Source: Nitrospirota bacterium (GTDB taxonomy: Bacteria; Nitrospirota; Thermodesulfovibrionia; Thermodesulfovibrionales; Dissulfurispiraceae). From it: a stretch of DNA of 34,815 bases. The notes below the pieces were generated by a model that was given only the letters and a program-made list of their open reading frames with translations, made no database searches and had not been told where the DNA came from. The position numbers were made by a program, and so were the translations under genes. The DNA lies in assembly GCA_016212685.1 (NCBI GenBank), contig JACREW010000002.1, forward strand, positions 1 through 34,815, in the 5' to 3' direction. Positions 17,341 through 25,788 of this stretch are shown piece by piece (the stretch's first letter is position 1; the number at the start of each line of letters is the position of its first letter).

Positions 17341-18111
17341 TTAGTATATGCGAATATCCTTAAGGAAAGGGAACCGCGCCCTTATTTCAACGGCCTCGGC
17401 CGGATCGAATTCGCATACTATAAATTCATCTTTGTCATTGCCAGAACAGACGGCGTTTCCCGGCGGATCGAAAACACTGGACGCCCCCGGATAATAAATG
17501 CCGTTTCCGTCCGTGCCGGTGCGGTTGACGCCGATCACAAAGCATTGGTTTTCGATGGCGCGGGCTTTAAGCAGGGTTTCCCAATGCTCTTTGCGGGATG
17601 CCGGCCAGTTGGCTATAACAAATATTGCCTGAACATCTCCGGCGACTTTTCTGAATACCTCAGGGAAGCGCAGGTCATAGCAGATAAATACGCTGCACGT
17701 CATGCCGTCTATGTCAAAAGTAACGGTATCCTCGCCGGCAGCATAATATTTGTCTTCATCCAAAAGCGAGAAGGGATGCATCTTTGTATAGGCGGCGATG
17801 CGCCTTCCCTTTCTATCGTATACAGCGGCTATGTTCCTGCCTTTTTCTTCTGAGGGTTCTTTTATAGGAAAACCTGCAATTATATATATGCCGTATTTTT
17901 GGGCTATCCCCGACAATACCGAATCGGTCTTTCCATGTTCGCTTTCTGCAATCCCTGAAACATTCATGGAAAATCCCGTGTTGAACATTTCCGGAAGCGC
18001 TGCAATGTCGCACTTCAGACAGGCAGCCTTTTCTATAAAAGATTCCGCCCGTTTATAATTTTCTTCCTTCTCTTCCCATTTGATGTCCAGTTGTATCAAA
18101 GCGATTTTCAT
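17341..18111 (-). CDS. Carbon-nitrogen hydrolase family protein (nitrilase/omega-amidase-like)
   Basis: It has the Glu-Lys-Cys signature regions: AALPEMFNTGF, the conserved Lys in the YTKMHPF region, and VFICYDLRFPE. Confidence 0.85.
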   Translation of the reverse strand: MKIALIQLDIKWEEKEENYKRAESFIEKAACLKCDIAALPEMFNTGFSMNVSGIAESEHGKTDSVLSGIAQKYGIYIIAGFPIKEPSEEKGRNIAAVYDRKGRRIAAYTKMHPFSLLDEDKYYAAGEDTVTFDIDGMTCSVFICYDLRFPEVFRKVAGDVQAIFVIANWPASRKEHWETLLKARAIENQCFVIGVNRTGTDGNGIYYPGASSVFDPPGNAVCSGNDKDEFIVCEFDPAEAVEIRARFPFLKDIRIY

Positions 18112-18261
18112 ATCCTATTCAAATGGCGGGGATGATTGCCTGAAGCGACTTCGGCAGCATAAGCGAAACCATGGAAGGTGAAGCATGCCGGCGTAGCTTC
18201 GGAGGAAGGCCGGATGCCTTATGAGAATGAAGCGGAAGGCTGTCATTCCCGCCAAAACATT

Positions 18262-19638
18262 TTATATATTTGTAGGCAAACATATCTTGAATGTCGTCCC
18301 CTTGCCGACCTCGCTTTTTACATCGATACTGCCGCCCATAACATTTACGAGTTCTTTTACGATTGCAAGCCCCAGCCCTAACCCCCCTTCGTCCCCCCTT
18401 TCTAAGGGTGGAATGAGAGGGTGATTTTTTATTCTATAAAAACGGGTGAATATGAGCGGTATTTTGTCTTCTGGAATGCCTTTGCCGGAATCCTTTATCT
18501 CTATATAAAGCGTGTTTCCGATTTTTTCATAATCTATCAGAACCCCGCCTTTTTCGGTGAACTTCAAAGAGTTAGAAATGATATTCCTCAATATCTTTTC
18601 GAGTTTTTCAACGTCGGCTGCGACCGGCGTATCTTTTTCTTTCAATATCTTTATTTCGAGACCCTTTTCTTTAAAAGACGGCTTCATGTCATCGACCAAT
18701 TCCGAGAGAAATTCTTTCAGGTTGATTTCGGTTAGATTTCCTTTTGCGAAAAAGCTCGCCTCCGCAGCCGTAATGTCTTCTATGCCTTTTACAAGTTTTA
18801 TCAGTCTGTCAATTTCATTTTTTATATTTTCCAGTCCTTTCTCTCTTTCTATCACCCCGTCAGCTATAGCCTCTGCATGGGTTTTGAGGATTGTCAGGGG
18901 TGTTCTGAGTTCATGCGCAACATTTGAAAAAAGATGTTTCCTGAGTTCCTCCTCTCTCTGAAGAGACTCTGCCATTCTATTGAAAGCTGTTGACAATTTT
19001 CCGACATCGTCATCGCTTTTTGGAATTATGCGCACATTGAAATCTCCCTGCGCTATCTTTTCCGCCGCTGTTTTTAGAACGGTAATAGGCCTTGAAAGAT
19101 ACCTGCTGAAGAGCAGGGCTATGAGCGCCGAACCTACGCCTGCGATTAAGAATGAAACAAAAAGGAAGTTTTTTGTCCTCCGTTTGAATATGGATTCTTT
19201 CTCCTTTATTTGTTCCTTCTGGAAAGGCCGGGACATAAGGATTCCGATCCGGTCGCCCTTGATGTACAGTGGATATTGATCGAAAGAGCCGGTTGTAGCG
19301 TGCATATGAAAGAGTCCTTCCATCCGGCGTTTCATCGATTCGGAAAGGAATTTCATAACCTCATTGGACGAAAGCACTTCTTCACCGGTAATGTCGATGA
19401 TTTTTATATCAAGGCCGAGCATCATTCCCCAATGGATGGATTCGGATAATTCCTTTTTATTCCATCCCCCGTTTGAGTAACTTCCTTCCACCGACGCCAG
19501 TATCCAGTAGAATTGATCTTCCCTTACACCGTTTACATAGTTGTCGAAGTCCCTTATTATGAGCCACTCGAAGATGAAGTTGGAAAGGAGCGCTGCAAGG
19601 ATGACGACTATGAACGCGAGGAATATTTTAGTTTTCAT
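18262..19638 (-). CDS. Sensor histidine kinase (2 TM, periplasmic domain, HAMP, HisKA, HATPase_c)
   Basis: HAMP region (RPITVLKTAAEKIAQGDFNVRI), H-box SNVAHELRTPLT, N-box NIISNSLKFT, G-boxes DSGKGI and GGLGLGLAIV. An in-frame repeat insertion precedes the G2 box. Confidence 0.9.
   Translation of the reverse strand: MKTKIFLAFIVVILAALLSNFIFEWLIIRDFDNYVNGVREDQFYWILASVEGSYSNGGWNKKELSESIHWGMMLGLDIKIIDITGEEVLSSNEVMKFLSESMKRRMEGLFHMHATTGSFDQYPLYIKGDRIGILMSRPFQKEQIKEKESIFKRRTKNFLFVSFLIAGVGSALIALLFSRYLSRPITVLKTAAEKIAQGDFNVRIIPKSDDDVGKLSTAFNRMAESLQREEELRKHLFSNVAHELRTPLTILKTHAEAIADGVIEREKGLENIKNEIDRLIKLVKGIEDITAAEASFFAKGNLTEINLKEFLSELVDDMKPSFKEKGLEIKILKEKDTPVAADVEKLEKILRNIISNSLKFTEKGGVLIDYEKIGNTLYIEIKDSGKGIPEDKIPLIFTRFYRIKNHPLIPPLERGDEGGLGLGLAIVKELVNVMGGSIDVKSEVGKGTTFKICLPTNI
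18376..18424. repeat. 45-bp-class GC-rich palindromic element inserted in-frame in the histidine kinase gene
   Basis: The minus strand reads aatcaccctctcattccacccttagaaaggggggacgaaggggggtta, translating as NHPLIPPLERGDEGGL. It lies between RFYRIK and GLGLGLAIV. Confidence 0.75.
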
Positions 19639-19654
19639 TTAAATGTTTTTTTCT

Positions 19655-19725
19655 GTCATTGCGAGCAAAGCGAAGCAATCCCGTTGTTCTTGAGATTGCT
19701 TCGGCACTTCGTGCCTCGCAATGAC
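19655..19725. repeat. gtcattgcgag...ctcgcaatgac palindromic element (intergenic copy)
   Basis: gtcattgcgag-caaagcgaagcaatc-...-gattgcttcg-gcacttcgtgc-ctcgcaatgac. It fills the spacer between the regulator and kinase genes. Confidence 0.85.
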
Positions 19726-19731
19726 GATATA

Positions 19732-20421
19732 TCAATCTGGGGCTCCGATAAATTTATATCCCGCCCCGTATACCGTTTTTATAAATACCGGCCTTTGAGG
19801 GTTATCTTCTATTTTATGCCTTATATTTTTGACATGCGCGTCGATGACCCTGTCGTATCCCTCGAAATCATATCCCTGCACGGCATTGACGATCTGCAGT
19901 CTGCTGAAGACCATCTGCGGTTTTTCGGCCATGCACAGGAGTATGCGGAATTCGGTGGCTGTCAGGGGTGTAACATCTTTCCCTTTTTTTACTTCCATCG
20001 AGAGTGTATCTATTGTCAGAAGCCCGTCGTTGAAGGAGAGCAGTTTTTTTTCATTTTTTTTCGTCCTTCTGAGATGTGCCTTGACCCGCGCCGCGAGTTC
20101 CCTCGGGCTGAAGGGTTTTATAACATAATCGTCGGCTCCGATGCCGAGCCCTTTGATCCTGTCCTCTTCCGCGCTTTTGGCGGTAAGCATTATTATCGGG
20201 ACATCCGAGAATTCCCTGATAGAGCCGCAAATAGTCTCCCCATCGATGTCGGGAAGCATTAAATCTAAAATTATAAGATCGAAGTCTTTTTTGATGAGTT
20301 GTAGCGCGGCCTGCCCTGTCTCTGCAACGGATACCTTGAAGCCGTCCCTCTCGAGGTATGATTTTACGATGTCCGAGATTTTTTTTTCGTCTTCTACTAT
20401 AAGAATTTTCTCATCGTTCAT
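19732..20421 (-). CDS. OmpR/PhoB-family response regulator
   Basis: Receiver domain (ILIVEDE...LIILDLMLPDIDG...MLTAK) plus winged-helix output domain (LTATEFRILLCMAE...RVIDAHVKNIRHKIE...IKTVYGAGYKF). Confidence 0.92.
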   Translation of the reverse strand: MNDEKILIVEDEKKISDIVKSYLERDGFKVSVAETGQAALQLIKKDFDLIILDLMLPDIDGETICGSIREFSDVPIIMLTAKSAEEDRIKGLGIGADDYVIKPFSPRELAARVKAHLRRTKKNEKKLLSFNDGLLTIDTLSMEVKKGKDVTPLTATEFRILLCMAEKPQMVFSRLQIVNAVQGYDFEGYDRVIDAHVKNIRHKIEDNPQRPVFIKTVYGAGYKFIGAPD

Positions 20422-21451
20422 GCGGTATCCTTACGTTCCTTAAAAAATCCGCGGCCGCCTCCGGAGGCAGCGGGTTTATGTATATTCCTGTGCCGAGTTC
20501 AAAGCCGGATACTGTAGCGACTCTCGGGACTATGCTTATATACCAGTGGATGAATTCCGAATTCGCATGAGAGGGGCTCCCCGACCTTATGACATAATTA
20601 TAGTCCGGGTTTTCAAGCCCGTAAAAGAGCGAGCTCGTCGTAAGTTTCAGATTTAAGGCAAGGTCCCATATTTCTTCCGAACGTATATCCGCGAATGAAC
20701 CCGAATGCCTTTTGGGAAATATCCATGTATGGAACGGAGAAAGCGCAGCGTAAGGTATGAACGATATGAAGTGTTCGGTATCGAATAATATTCTTGCCCT
20801 CTCGCTGAGTTCATCGATGACTGTTTTGCACATCAGGCAGTCTCCGGTATCGTCAAAGAATTTCATGGCGTTTTCGATTCTGTTCCTTACGCGTCTCGGA
20901 GTGATCGGGATGCCTACAATATGCGCTATGGAATGTTCGATAGGCGTTCCTGCGTTTGATCCGTCATTCTTAAAAATGATTACATTTTCAACGCGAGTAT
21001 CTTTATACGCCTCGATAAACCTTTCCTTGTACGTTTGAATTACCTCTTTCAGGTGGTCTGCCGGCATGGTGGCGATTGTGAGATTATGAAAAGGGGTTTC
21101 TATGACAACCTCGTGTATGCCGACCCCATTTACGGTTTTTTTCAATTCCGTATTTATCCTTGACCTGTCGCCGTCCTTTGAGAGCACCGAGAATTTGTTC
21201 GGCACTACCCTTATAATCCAACCTTTTTCGTCTTTGATTCTGTATATCTCATCGGGTGTTTTGGATTCATTGCCGGGACAGAATGGGCATGTTTGGACTA
21301 CCTCCGGATGTTTTTTTCTTTCCTTTGCATTTATGAAGTCAGCCGCGTTTTTTTTCTTTTCTTTAGCGATGATTACCCATTCACGGGTTATCAGATTCAA
21401 TCTAAGTTCAGGCATGGAATACCTCCCCCGGCTTTTATTTAATATTATCAT
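20411..21451 (-). CDS. GalT-like (galactose-1-phosphate uridylyltransferase / HIT-superfamily) nucleotidyltransferase
   Basis: It carries CPFCPGNE, the Zn motif typical of the GalT N-terminal half, and two HIT-like halves (HSIAHIVG, FIHWYISIVPR). It overlaps the regulator gene by 11 nt. Substrate is unknown. Confidence 0.65.
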   Translation of the reverse strand: MIILNKSRGRYSMPELRLNLITREWVIIAKEKKKNAADFINAKERKKHPEVVQTCPFCPGNESKTPDEIYRIKDEKGWIIRVVPNKFSVLSKDGDRSRINTELKKTVNGVGIHEVVIETPFHNLTIATMPADHLKEVIQTYKERFIEAYKDTRVENVIIFKNDGSNAGTPIEHSIAHIVGIPITPRRVRNRIENAMKFFDDTGDCLMCKTVIDELSERARILFDTEHFISFIPYAALSPFHTWIFPKRHSGSFADIRSEEIWDLALNLKLTTSSLFYGLENPDYNYVIRSGSPSHANSEFIHWYISIVPRVATVSGFELGTGIYINPLPPEAAADFLRNVRIPHER

Positions 21452-21485
21452 ACCATAACCCGTAATGACGCACTAAGACCTATCA

Positions 21486-21625
21486 TAACAAAGCCTCATA
21501 ACCGTCATTCCGGGCTTGACCCTGAATCCATGGTTCGACAGGCTCACCATGACACCCTGAGCCTTCGGCGTGAGCAATGTCAGGCTGAGCCTGTCGGAAG
21601 CCTCAGTCGAACGCTTGTCGAAGGG
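21486..21625. repeat. Right copy of the ~140-bp inverted repeat
   Basis: It is the reverse complement of 17193-17331 and starts 35 bp upstream of the GalT-like start codon. Further dispersed units follow, up to about 21710. Confidence 0.9.
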
Positions 21626-21791
21626 TGAATCGCCTATTATGGTTCGACAAAGCTTGCCCTGAGTGCTGCCATCCTTCGGCAGGCTCAGGATGACATATAC
21701 CGAAGGGCTCACAATGACAATGTGCGATTTTTATCGCTGGATTTGGGTAATACTTTTTTTGAAGTCGTGCCTTCCATTATATTATGGAATG

Positions 21792-22793
21792 TTATGGATG
21801 GGCGAGGGCATGGATAATGGGCATGAGCGAAAGGAGTTCGTCGTGTGTAATGGACGAATGCCATTTCCCTGTCACTTTAGCCGCGAGGATAATCCCGAAG
21901 AATATCAAGACCACACCCGAAACAAAGATCACCGGGTTGAGAACTATTTTTTTATGAAGGATCGCATCGAGCGCATGTCTTGCGGGGCAATGACTTACGC
22001 AGGTGAGGCATCCGGTGCACTCCGGCGACCTGACGGTCTCTTTTTTATCCACAGGCAGCAGGGAAGGGCAGTTTTTGGAACATAATCCGCATTGAATACA
22101 AGCGGTCTCATTTCTTTTTATTTTTACGGGACTTAAAATACTCAGCAATCCGAGTAGTCCGCCATAGGGGCATAAATATCTGCACCAGAAGTTTTTATAT
22201 AAAAGGGACAGGCTGAACAAAGCGCTCAAAGTTATCTTCGTGGTGAGAGACATTTCCGTGAAAAATTTCAATAATTTTATGTCGGAAACCTTCCAGTAGG
22301 GGGTGTTCAAAAATCCGGTTATCTGGAGGGGCGTCATTTGTATGATAATGACATAAAGGAAGAAGGCCATAAGGATATATTTTAAAGACCTCAGAGGGTA
22401 ATCGATATACTTAGTTATCTCAAAGTTTTTACCGAATACTTTTCTGCCGCCTTTCCATACGGCATCCGAAACGGTGCCCACAGGGCATATCCATCCGCAG
22501 AAGGATTTTTTCAATAAGAGAGAAACGAGCAGTGCGCCGATAAAGATTATGAGTGCGGCCGGGTGTGCGGGGTCGAAAATACCTTCCGTAATCCAGAGCT
22601 TGAGCGACATTAACGCGCCTATGGGCATGAACCCTTCGATAGACGGCGGACGGGTTACGGCAGGGATAAGTCCGTTCTCCAGCGCTTGCGCGAATAGATA
22701 AAATTTGTAACCCGCATATGCGACCATGAGGAATATTCCCCATTGAACCGCGTATCTTATTTTCCTGACATATGAACGGTCTATTTTTTCCAT
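21792..22793 (-). CDS. NapH/MauN/NosR-C-like membrane 4Fe-4S protein
   Basis: TM segments with CX3CP motifs (CGWICPVG, CRYLCPYGG) and two ferredoxin motifs (CIQCGLCSKNCP, CTGCLTCVSHCP). Confidence 0.85.
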   Translation of the reverse strand: MEKIDRSYVRKIRYAVQWGIFLMVAYAGYKFYLFAQALENGLIPAVTRPPSIEGFMPIGALMSLKLWITEGIFDPAHPAALIIFIGALLVSLLLKKSFCGWICPVGTVSDAVWKGGRKVFGKNFEITKYIDYPLRSLKYILMAFFLYVIIIQMTPLQITGFLNTPYWKVSDIKLLKFFTEMSLTTKITLSALFSLSLLYKNFWCRYLCPYGGLLGLLSILSPVKIKRNETACIQCGLCSKNCPSLLPVDKKETVRSPECTGCLTCVSHCPARHALDAILHKKIVLNPVIFVSGVVLIFFGIILAAKVTGKWHSSITHDELLSLMPIIHALAHP

Positions 22794-22840
22794 AGTTAAT
22801 TTTACTTGGAACGGCTTTAAGCGGGGTATGATTTATATCA

Positions 22841-24085
22841 TTAGCCTGTTGTCAACATTTCTTTCACTATTTGCAATGCCTCTTCCTTTGAGCGTATCTT
22901 ACCTTCCAAGACAGCATCCTCAATAGCGGCAAGTATCTTTTTGAATAACGGCGACGGCTTTAAATCGAAATTTTTTATCAGTTCGTCGCCCGTAATAACC
23001 GGAAGAATGCCCATCCTCGCTTTAAATGGTTCATTGTAAAATGCAAGCAGCTTCTTGCAAAAATCGGCAATTTCGGGCGCTTGGGCGATAGAGAGGATAA
23101 TCAAAGGATATATGTCGTCCCGGAATTCTTTTAAAAGCCTTACCGATGCTATTTCGTCAAAATGACCGTCGTATTCTTCGTACTGTCTTAAAATACGGCG
23201 GCGATTAGATGCCGTTTTATAAATAAACTCCACTTCTTTCCTCGACATTTTCAGCCGTATCGACGCGTTTTTGGCAGTGTCCGCATCGGTGAAAAAGACG
23301 GACAACTTAAGGCATATTTTTTTTGATTCCGGAAGCATAAAGTGCGGGTAGTTATTCAAAATATCCTCAACATTTTTATATAACTCTAAATTTAGGACAC
23401 TGAAGTCTTCTTTAAATTCAGGAAAGACATGACGCAGTATGCCCTTATTGCTCATTGTTTTAATTACGTCATACGAATCATCGAGCCTGAGAATATGCCT
23501 CAGTTCTTCGGCTATCCTTTCTACGGCAACAGAGCTTATCAGCGGCGAAAGTCTTCCGGATGCGTCTAATGTGTCTATTTCTATAAAAAAATTCAATTCG
23601 GCGCTGAACCGGTAGATTCTGAGAATCCTCAGAGGGTCTTTTATGAGGTTTTCTTCCGATACCATCCTGACGGTTTTGTTGGAAAGATCATCCCTGCCGC
23701 CATACGGGTCTATAAGACTAAGAGACTGAGGGCTGAGGGCTGAGGGCTGAAGGCTTAGGGGTATCGCCATCGCATTTATGGTGATGTCCCTCTCGGAAAG
23801 GTCGTCAAGAATTGAATCTCCCCTCATGACCGAGATGTCAAGAAAACAGCCGTTTTTTATCACTCGCGCTGTTTGGAATTCCGCATCGAGAAGGACGAAC
23901 GAACCTCCGGTCTCTTCCGCAAATTTCTTTGCGATATTAAGGGAATCGCCTTTTACGGCGATATCGATATCCTTCATATCATTGCCTAAAAGAATATCTC
24001 TGACCGCGCCGCCGACAACGAATGCATTATCAGTAAGACCGTGTTCTTCAGCAAAACAGATGAACAGTTTTAAAAGGGTATGCAT
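22841..24085 (-). CDS. cca: tRNA nucleotidyltransferase (CCA-adding) / poly(A) polymerase family protein
   Basis: It has VVGGAVRDILLGNDMKDIDIAV, ERDITINAMA, DPYGG..DL and RILRIYRF. It carries an in-frame heptamer-array insertion. Confidence 0.85.
   Translation of the reverse strand: MHTLLKLFICFAEEHGLTDNAFVVGGAVRDILLGNDMKDIDIAVKGDSLNIAKKFAEETGGSFVLLDAEFQTARVIKNGCFLDISVMRGDSILDDLSERDITINAMAIPLSLQPSALSPQSLSLIDPYGGRDDLSNKTVRMVSEENLIKDPLRILRIYRFSAELNFFIEIDTLDASGRLSPLISSVAVERIAEELRHILRLDDSYDVIKTMSNKGILRHVFPEFKEDFSVLNLELYKNVEDILNNYPHFMLPESKKICLKLSVFFTDADTAKNASIRLKMSRKEVEFIYKTASNRRRILRQYEEYDGHFDEIASVRLLKEFRDDIYPLIILSIAQAPEIADFCKKLLAFYNEPFKARMGILPVITGDELIKNFDLKPSPLFKKILAAIEDAVLEGKIRSKEEALQIVKEMLTTG
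23716..23757. repeat. Six tandem heptamers (gggctga core x3 plus degenerate flanks) inside cca
   Basis: gactaag agactga gggctga gggctga gggctga aggctta. The 42 nt equal 14 codons, translating as ...SLQPSALSPQSLSL... immediately before the conserved IDPYGG. Confidence 0.8.
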
Positions 24086-24086
24086 A

Positions 24087-24530
24087 TTACCTTTTTGAGT
24101 CTAACATGAATGTTACCGGCCCATCGTTTATAAGGCTTACTTTCATATATGCGCCGAATTGACCGGTGGAAACTGTAATACCGGTTTCTTTCAGTTTTTG
24201 CACGAATGTATTATAAAGCGTTTCTGCTTTGTCCGGCGACCCTGCATTATCAAAAGAAGGGCGGTTTCCTTTTCTGCAGTCTGCGGAGAGTGTGAACTGG
24301 GATACCACGATGATACTTCCATTAATGTCTTGCACGGAGAGGTTCATTTTCCCCTGCTCGTCTTCGAATATTCTGAGGTTTAGCGCTTTTTTTGAGAGAT
24401 ATTCGATGTCTTTTAATTCATCGCCCCTTTCGACGCCCAAAAAAAGCAAGATGCCCTTGCCGATGCTGCCGACAATATCTCCGTCAATTTCTACCGACGC
24501 ATCCGATACCCTCTGGATCAAAGCCTTCAT
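24087..24530 (-). CDS. dtd: D-aminoacyl-tRNA deacylase
   Basis: 147 aa. [17 protein letters not shown]...[12 protein letters not shown]...VSQFTL.AD..KGNRPSF is classic Dtd. Confidence 0.92.
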   Translation of the reverse strand: MKALIQRVSDASVEIDGDIVGSIGKGILLFLGVERGDELKDIEYLSKKALNLRIFEDEQGKMNLSVQDINGSIIVVSQFTLSADCRKGNRPSFDNAGSPDKAETLYNTFVQKLKETGITVSTGQFGAYMKVSLINDGPVTFMLDSKR

Positions 24531-24561
24531 CGTAGATTTATTTTACTTAAGTTCTCCGGTG

Positions 24562-24591
24562 TTGACAAATGATTTTTTACGATGGTATTCT
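24562..24591 (+). promoter_or_regulatory. Candidate sigma70 promoter of the ECF Ni/Co transporter operon
   Basis: TTGACA (24562-24567), an 18-nt spacer, then TATTCT (24586-24591). A short inverted repeat tattct-N6-agaata overlaps the -10 region. Confidence 0.45.
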
Positions 24592-24606
24592 TTGTGCAGA
24601 ATATTA

Positions 24607-24672
24607 GAGCCACGAAGGCTTTATTTAATGACCAAGCAGGTCATAGTTTTGAAGAGCCTTCGTGGCTTTTTT
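24607..24672 (+). promoter_or_regulatory. Terminator-like leader hairpin with U-tract immediately upstream of the cbiM RBS (candidate attenuator)
   Basis: The 13-bp perfect stem agccacgaaggct / agccttcgtggct encloses an inner hairpin atgacc-aagca-ggtcat and is followed by TTTTTT. No plus-strand gene lies upstream for it to terminate. Confidence 0.5.
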
Positions 24673-24686
24673 ATTTGGAGGAGTAA

Positions 24687-25412
24687 ATGCATATCCCGGA
24701 CGGATATTTAAGCCCGCAGACCTATTTACCGCTTTACGGCGTATCGTTCGCTTTTTGGGCAATCGCCCTTAGAAAGCTTAAGAGCGAGCTTTCAGTCAAG
24801 CATATCCCATATCTCGCCATGACAGCGGCCTTTTCTTTTATTATCCAGATGTTCAATATTCCCATCCCCGGAGGAACCACCGGGCATGCCGTAGGCGCGG
24901 GTATTGCAGCGCTTCTTTTAGGGCCATGGACAGCGGTAATAGCGGTATCCGTAGCTTTGATAATTCAGGCTATTGTATTCGGAGACGGCGGGATAACAGC
25001 CATAGGAGCGAACTGCTTTAATATGGCGGTGGTAATGCCTTTTACGTCATATTGGGTTTTTAAACTGGCGATGGGAAAATCAAAAAATCTTTCCTCACCC
25101 CTCTTTAGTAAAGGGGGGAAGGGGGGATTTGCGAGGCTTTCTATAGCGTCATTTCTTTCCGGATATATCGGCCTTTCCATAAGCGCTGTAATTACCGCCG
25201 TAGAGTTTGGAATTCAGCCTATAATTGCTGCGGATGCCGACGGCAAGCCACTCTATGCGCCTTATCCCTTATCTGTGGCTGTTCCTGTCATGGCGTTGGA
25301 ACATTTGTTATTGTTCGGCATAATCGAAGGCGTGGTAACAGCGATGCTGCTTAAATATTTCCTTAAACACGAGCCGGATGCGGTCTATGCGATACGAGGC
25401 GACAGGCAATAG
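24687..25412 (+). CDS. cbiM: ECF transporter substrate-capture component CbiM/NikM (Ni/Co)
   Basis: The N-terminal MHIPDGYLSPQT is the metal-binding Met1-His2 motif. The protein has a multi-TM core. An in-frame palindromic insertion translates as SSPLFSKGGKGGFA. Confidence 0.9.
   Translation: MHIPDGYLSPQTYLPLYGVSFAFWAIALRKLKSELSVKHIPYLAMTAAFSFIIQMFNIPIPGGTTGHAVGAGIAALLLGPWTAVIAVSVALIIQAIVFGDGGITAIGANCFNMAVVMPFTSYWVFKLAMGKSKNLSSPLFSKGGKGGFARLSIASFLSGYIGLSISAVITAVEFGIQPIIAADADGKPLYAPYPLSVAVPVMALEHLLLFGIIEGVVTAMLLKYFLKHEPDAVYAIRGDRQ
25086..25129. repeat. 45-bp-class GC-rich palindromic element inserted in-frame in cbiM
   Basis: aatctttcctcacccctctttagtaaaggggggaaggggggatt, translating as NLSSPLFSKGGKGGF. 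Confidence 0.8.
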
Positions 25413-25428
25413 GCAATGGGCGATAGGC
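25394..25428. repeat. Five tandem heptamers (nnnnggc: acgaggc gacaggc aataggc aatgggc gataggc)
   Basis: Read directly from the sequence. The array spans the cbiM stop codon (25410-25412) and uses the same word family as 2931-3004. Confidence 0.75.
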
Positions 25429-25449
25429 GGATATGATGAGGATTAGAAA

Positions 25450-25782
25450 ATGACAGGATTTCAGAAAAAACTCTGGATTGCTCTTATCATAATGGCCTTG
25501 CTGTCGCCGCTCGGCATTATACTCCCTCAAAAATTCAATGCGGGAGACGCATGGGGAGAGTGGGGAACGGATACCCTCGAGAAATTTTTAGGTTATGTGC
25601 CGGAGGGATTGAAGAAGATGGCGGATATATGGAAGGCGCCGATAGCCGATTACAATCTTGGAGACGAGAATGCTTCATTTATTGTCCAAATTGTTTCTTA
25701 TATTATATCGGGAATTTTAGGAATAACGCTTGTGGGCGGTGTTGTATACTTGATAACAAGGCTTTTAGTAAAGAAGGGTTAG
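25450..25782 (+). CDS. PDGLE-domain / CbiN-NikN-like small membrane component
   Basis: It has TM segments at both the N- and C-terminal ends and the central motif YVPEGLKK (PDGLE-like). Its position between the M and Q components fits this role. Confidence 0.7.
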   Translation: MTGFQKKLWIALIIMALLSPLGIILPQKFNAGDAWGEWGTDTLEKFLGYVPEGLKKMADIWKAPIADYNLGDENASFIVQIVSYIISGILGITLVGGVVYLITRLLVKKG

Positions 25783-25788
25783 AGGCGG

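Noticed and set aside
17152-17853. 233-aa plus-strand ORF, and the N-terminal extension of the 171-aa minus-strand ORF (to 17287)
   Set aside because: Both draw their 5' parts from the palindromic repeat cluster at 17160-17335. The peptides (VIPAKAGIQ, MVRQAHHD-type) are typical translations of repeats. The plus-strand ORF then runs antisense to the well-supported C-N hydrolase gene.
19513-20262. 249-aa plus-strand ORF
   Set aside because: It is antisense to the clearly recognisable kinase and response-regulator genes and crosses the intergenic palindromic element. It has no motifs of its own.
17160-21710. Possibility that the repeated sequences form a CRISPR array
   Set aside because: The repeats are palindromic composites in inverted orientation and are separated by kilobases of genes. 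They are not regularly spaced direct repeats with unique spacers, and no cas genes are present.
21473-22085. ORFs 21473-21712 (minus) and 21663-22085 (plus)
   Set aside because: The first is made entirely of dispersed repeat units. The second starts in repeats and runs antisense to the NapH-like gene.
22429-22743. 104-aa minus-strand ORF nested in the NapH-like gene
   Set aside because: It is an alternative frame of the same strand within a gene whose main frame carries all the Fe-S motifs. Its Arg-rich composition is typical of an off-frame translation.
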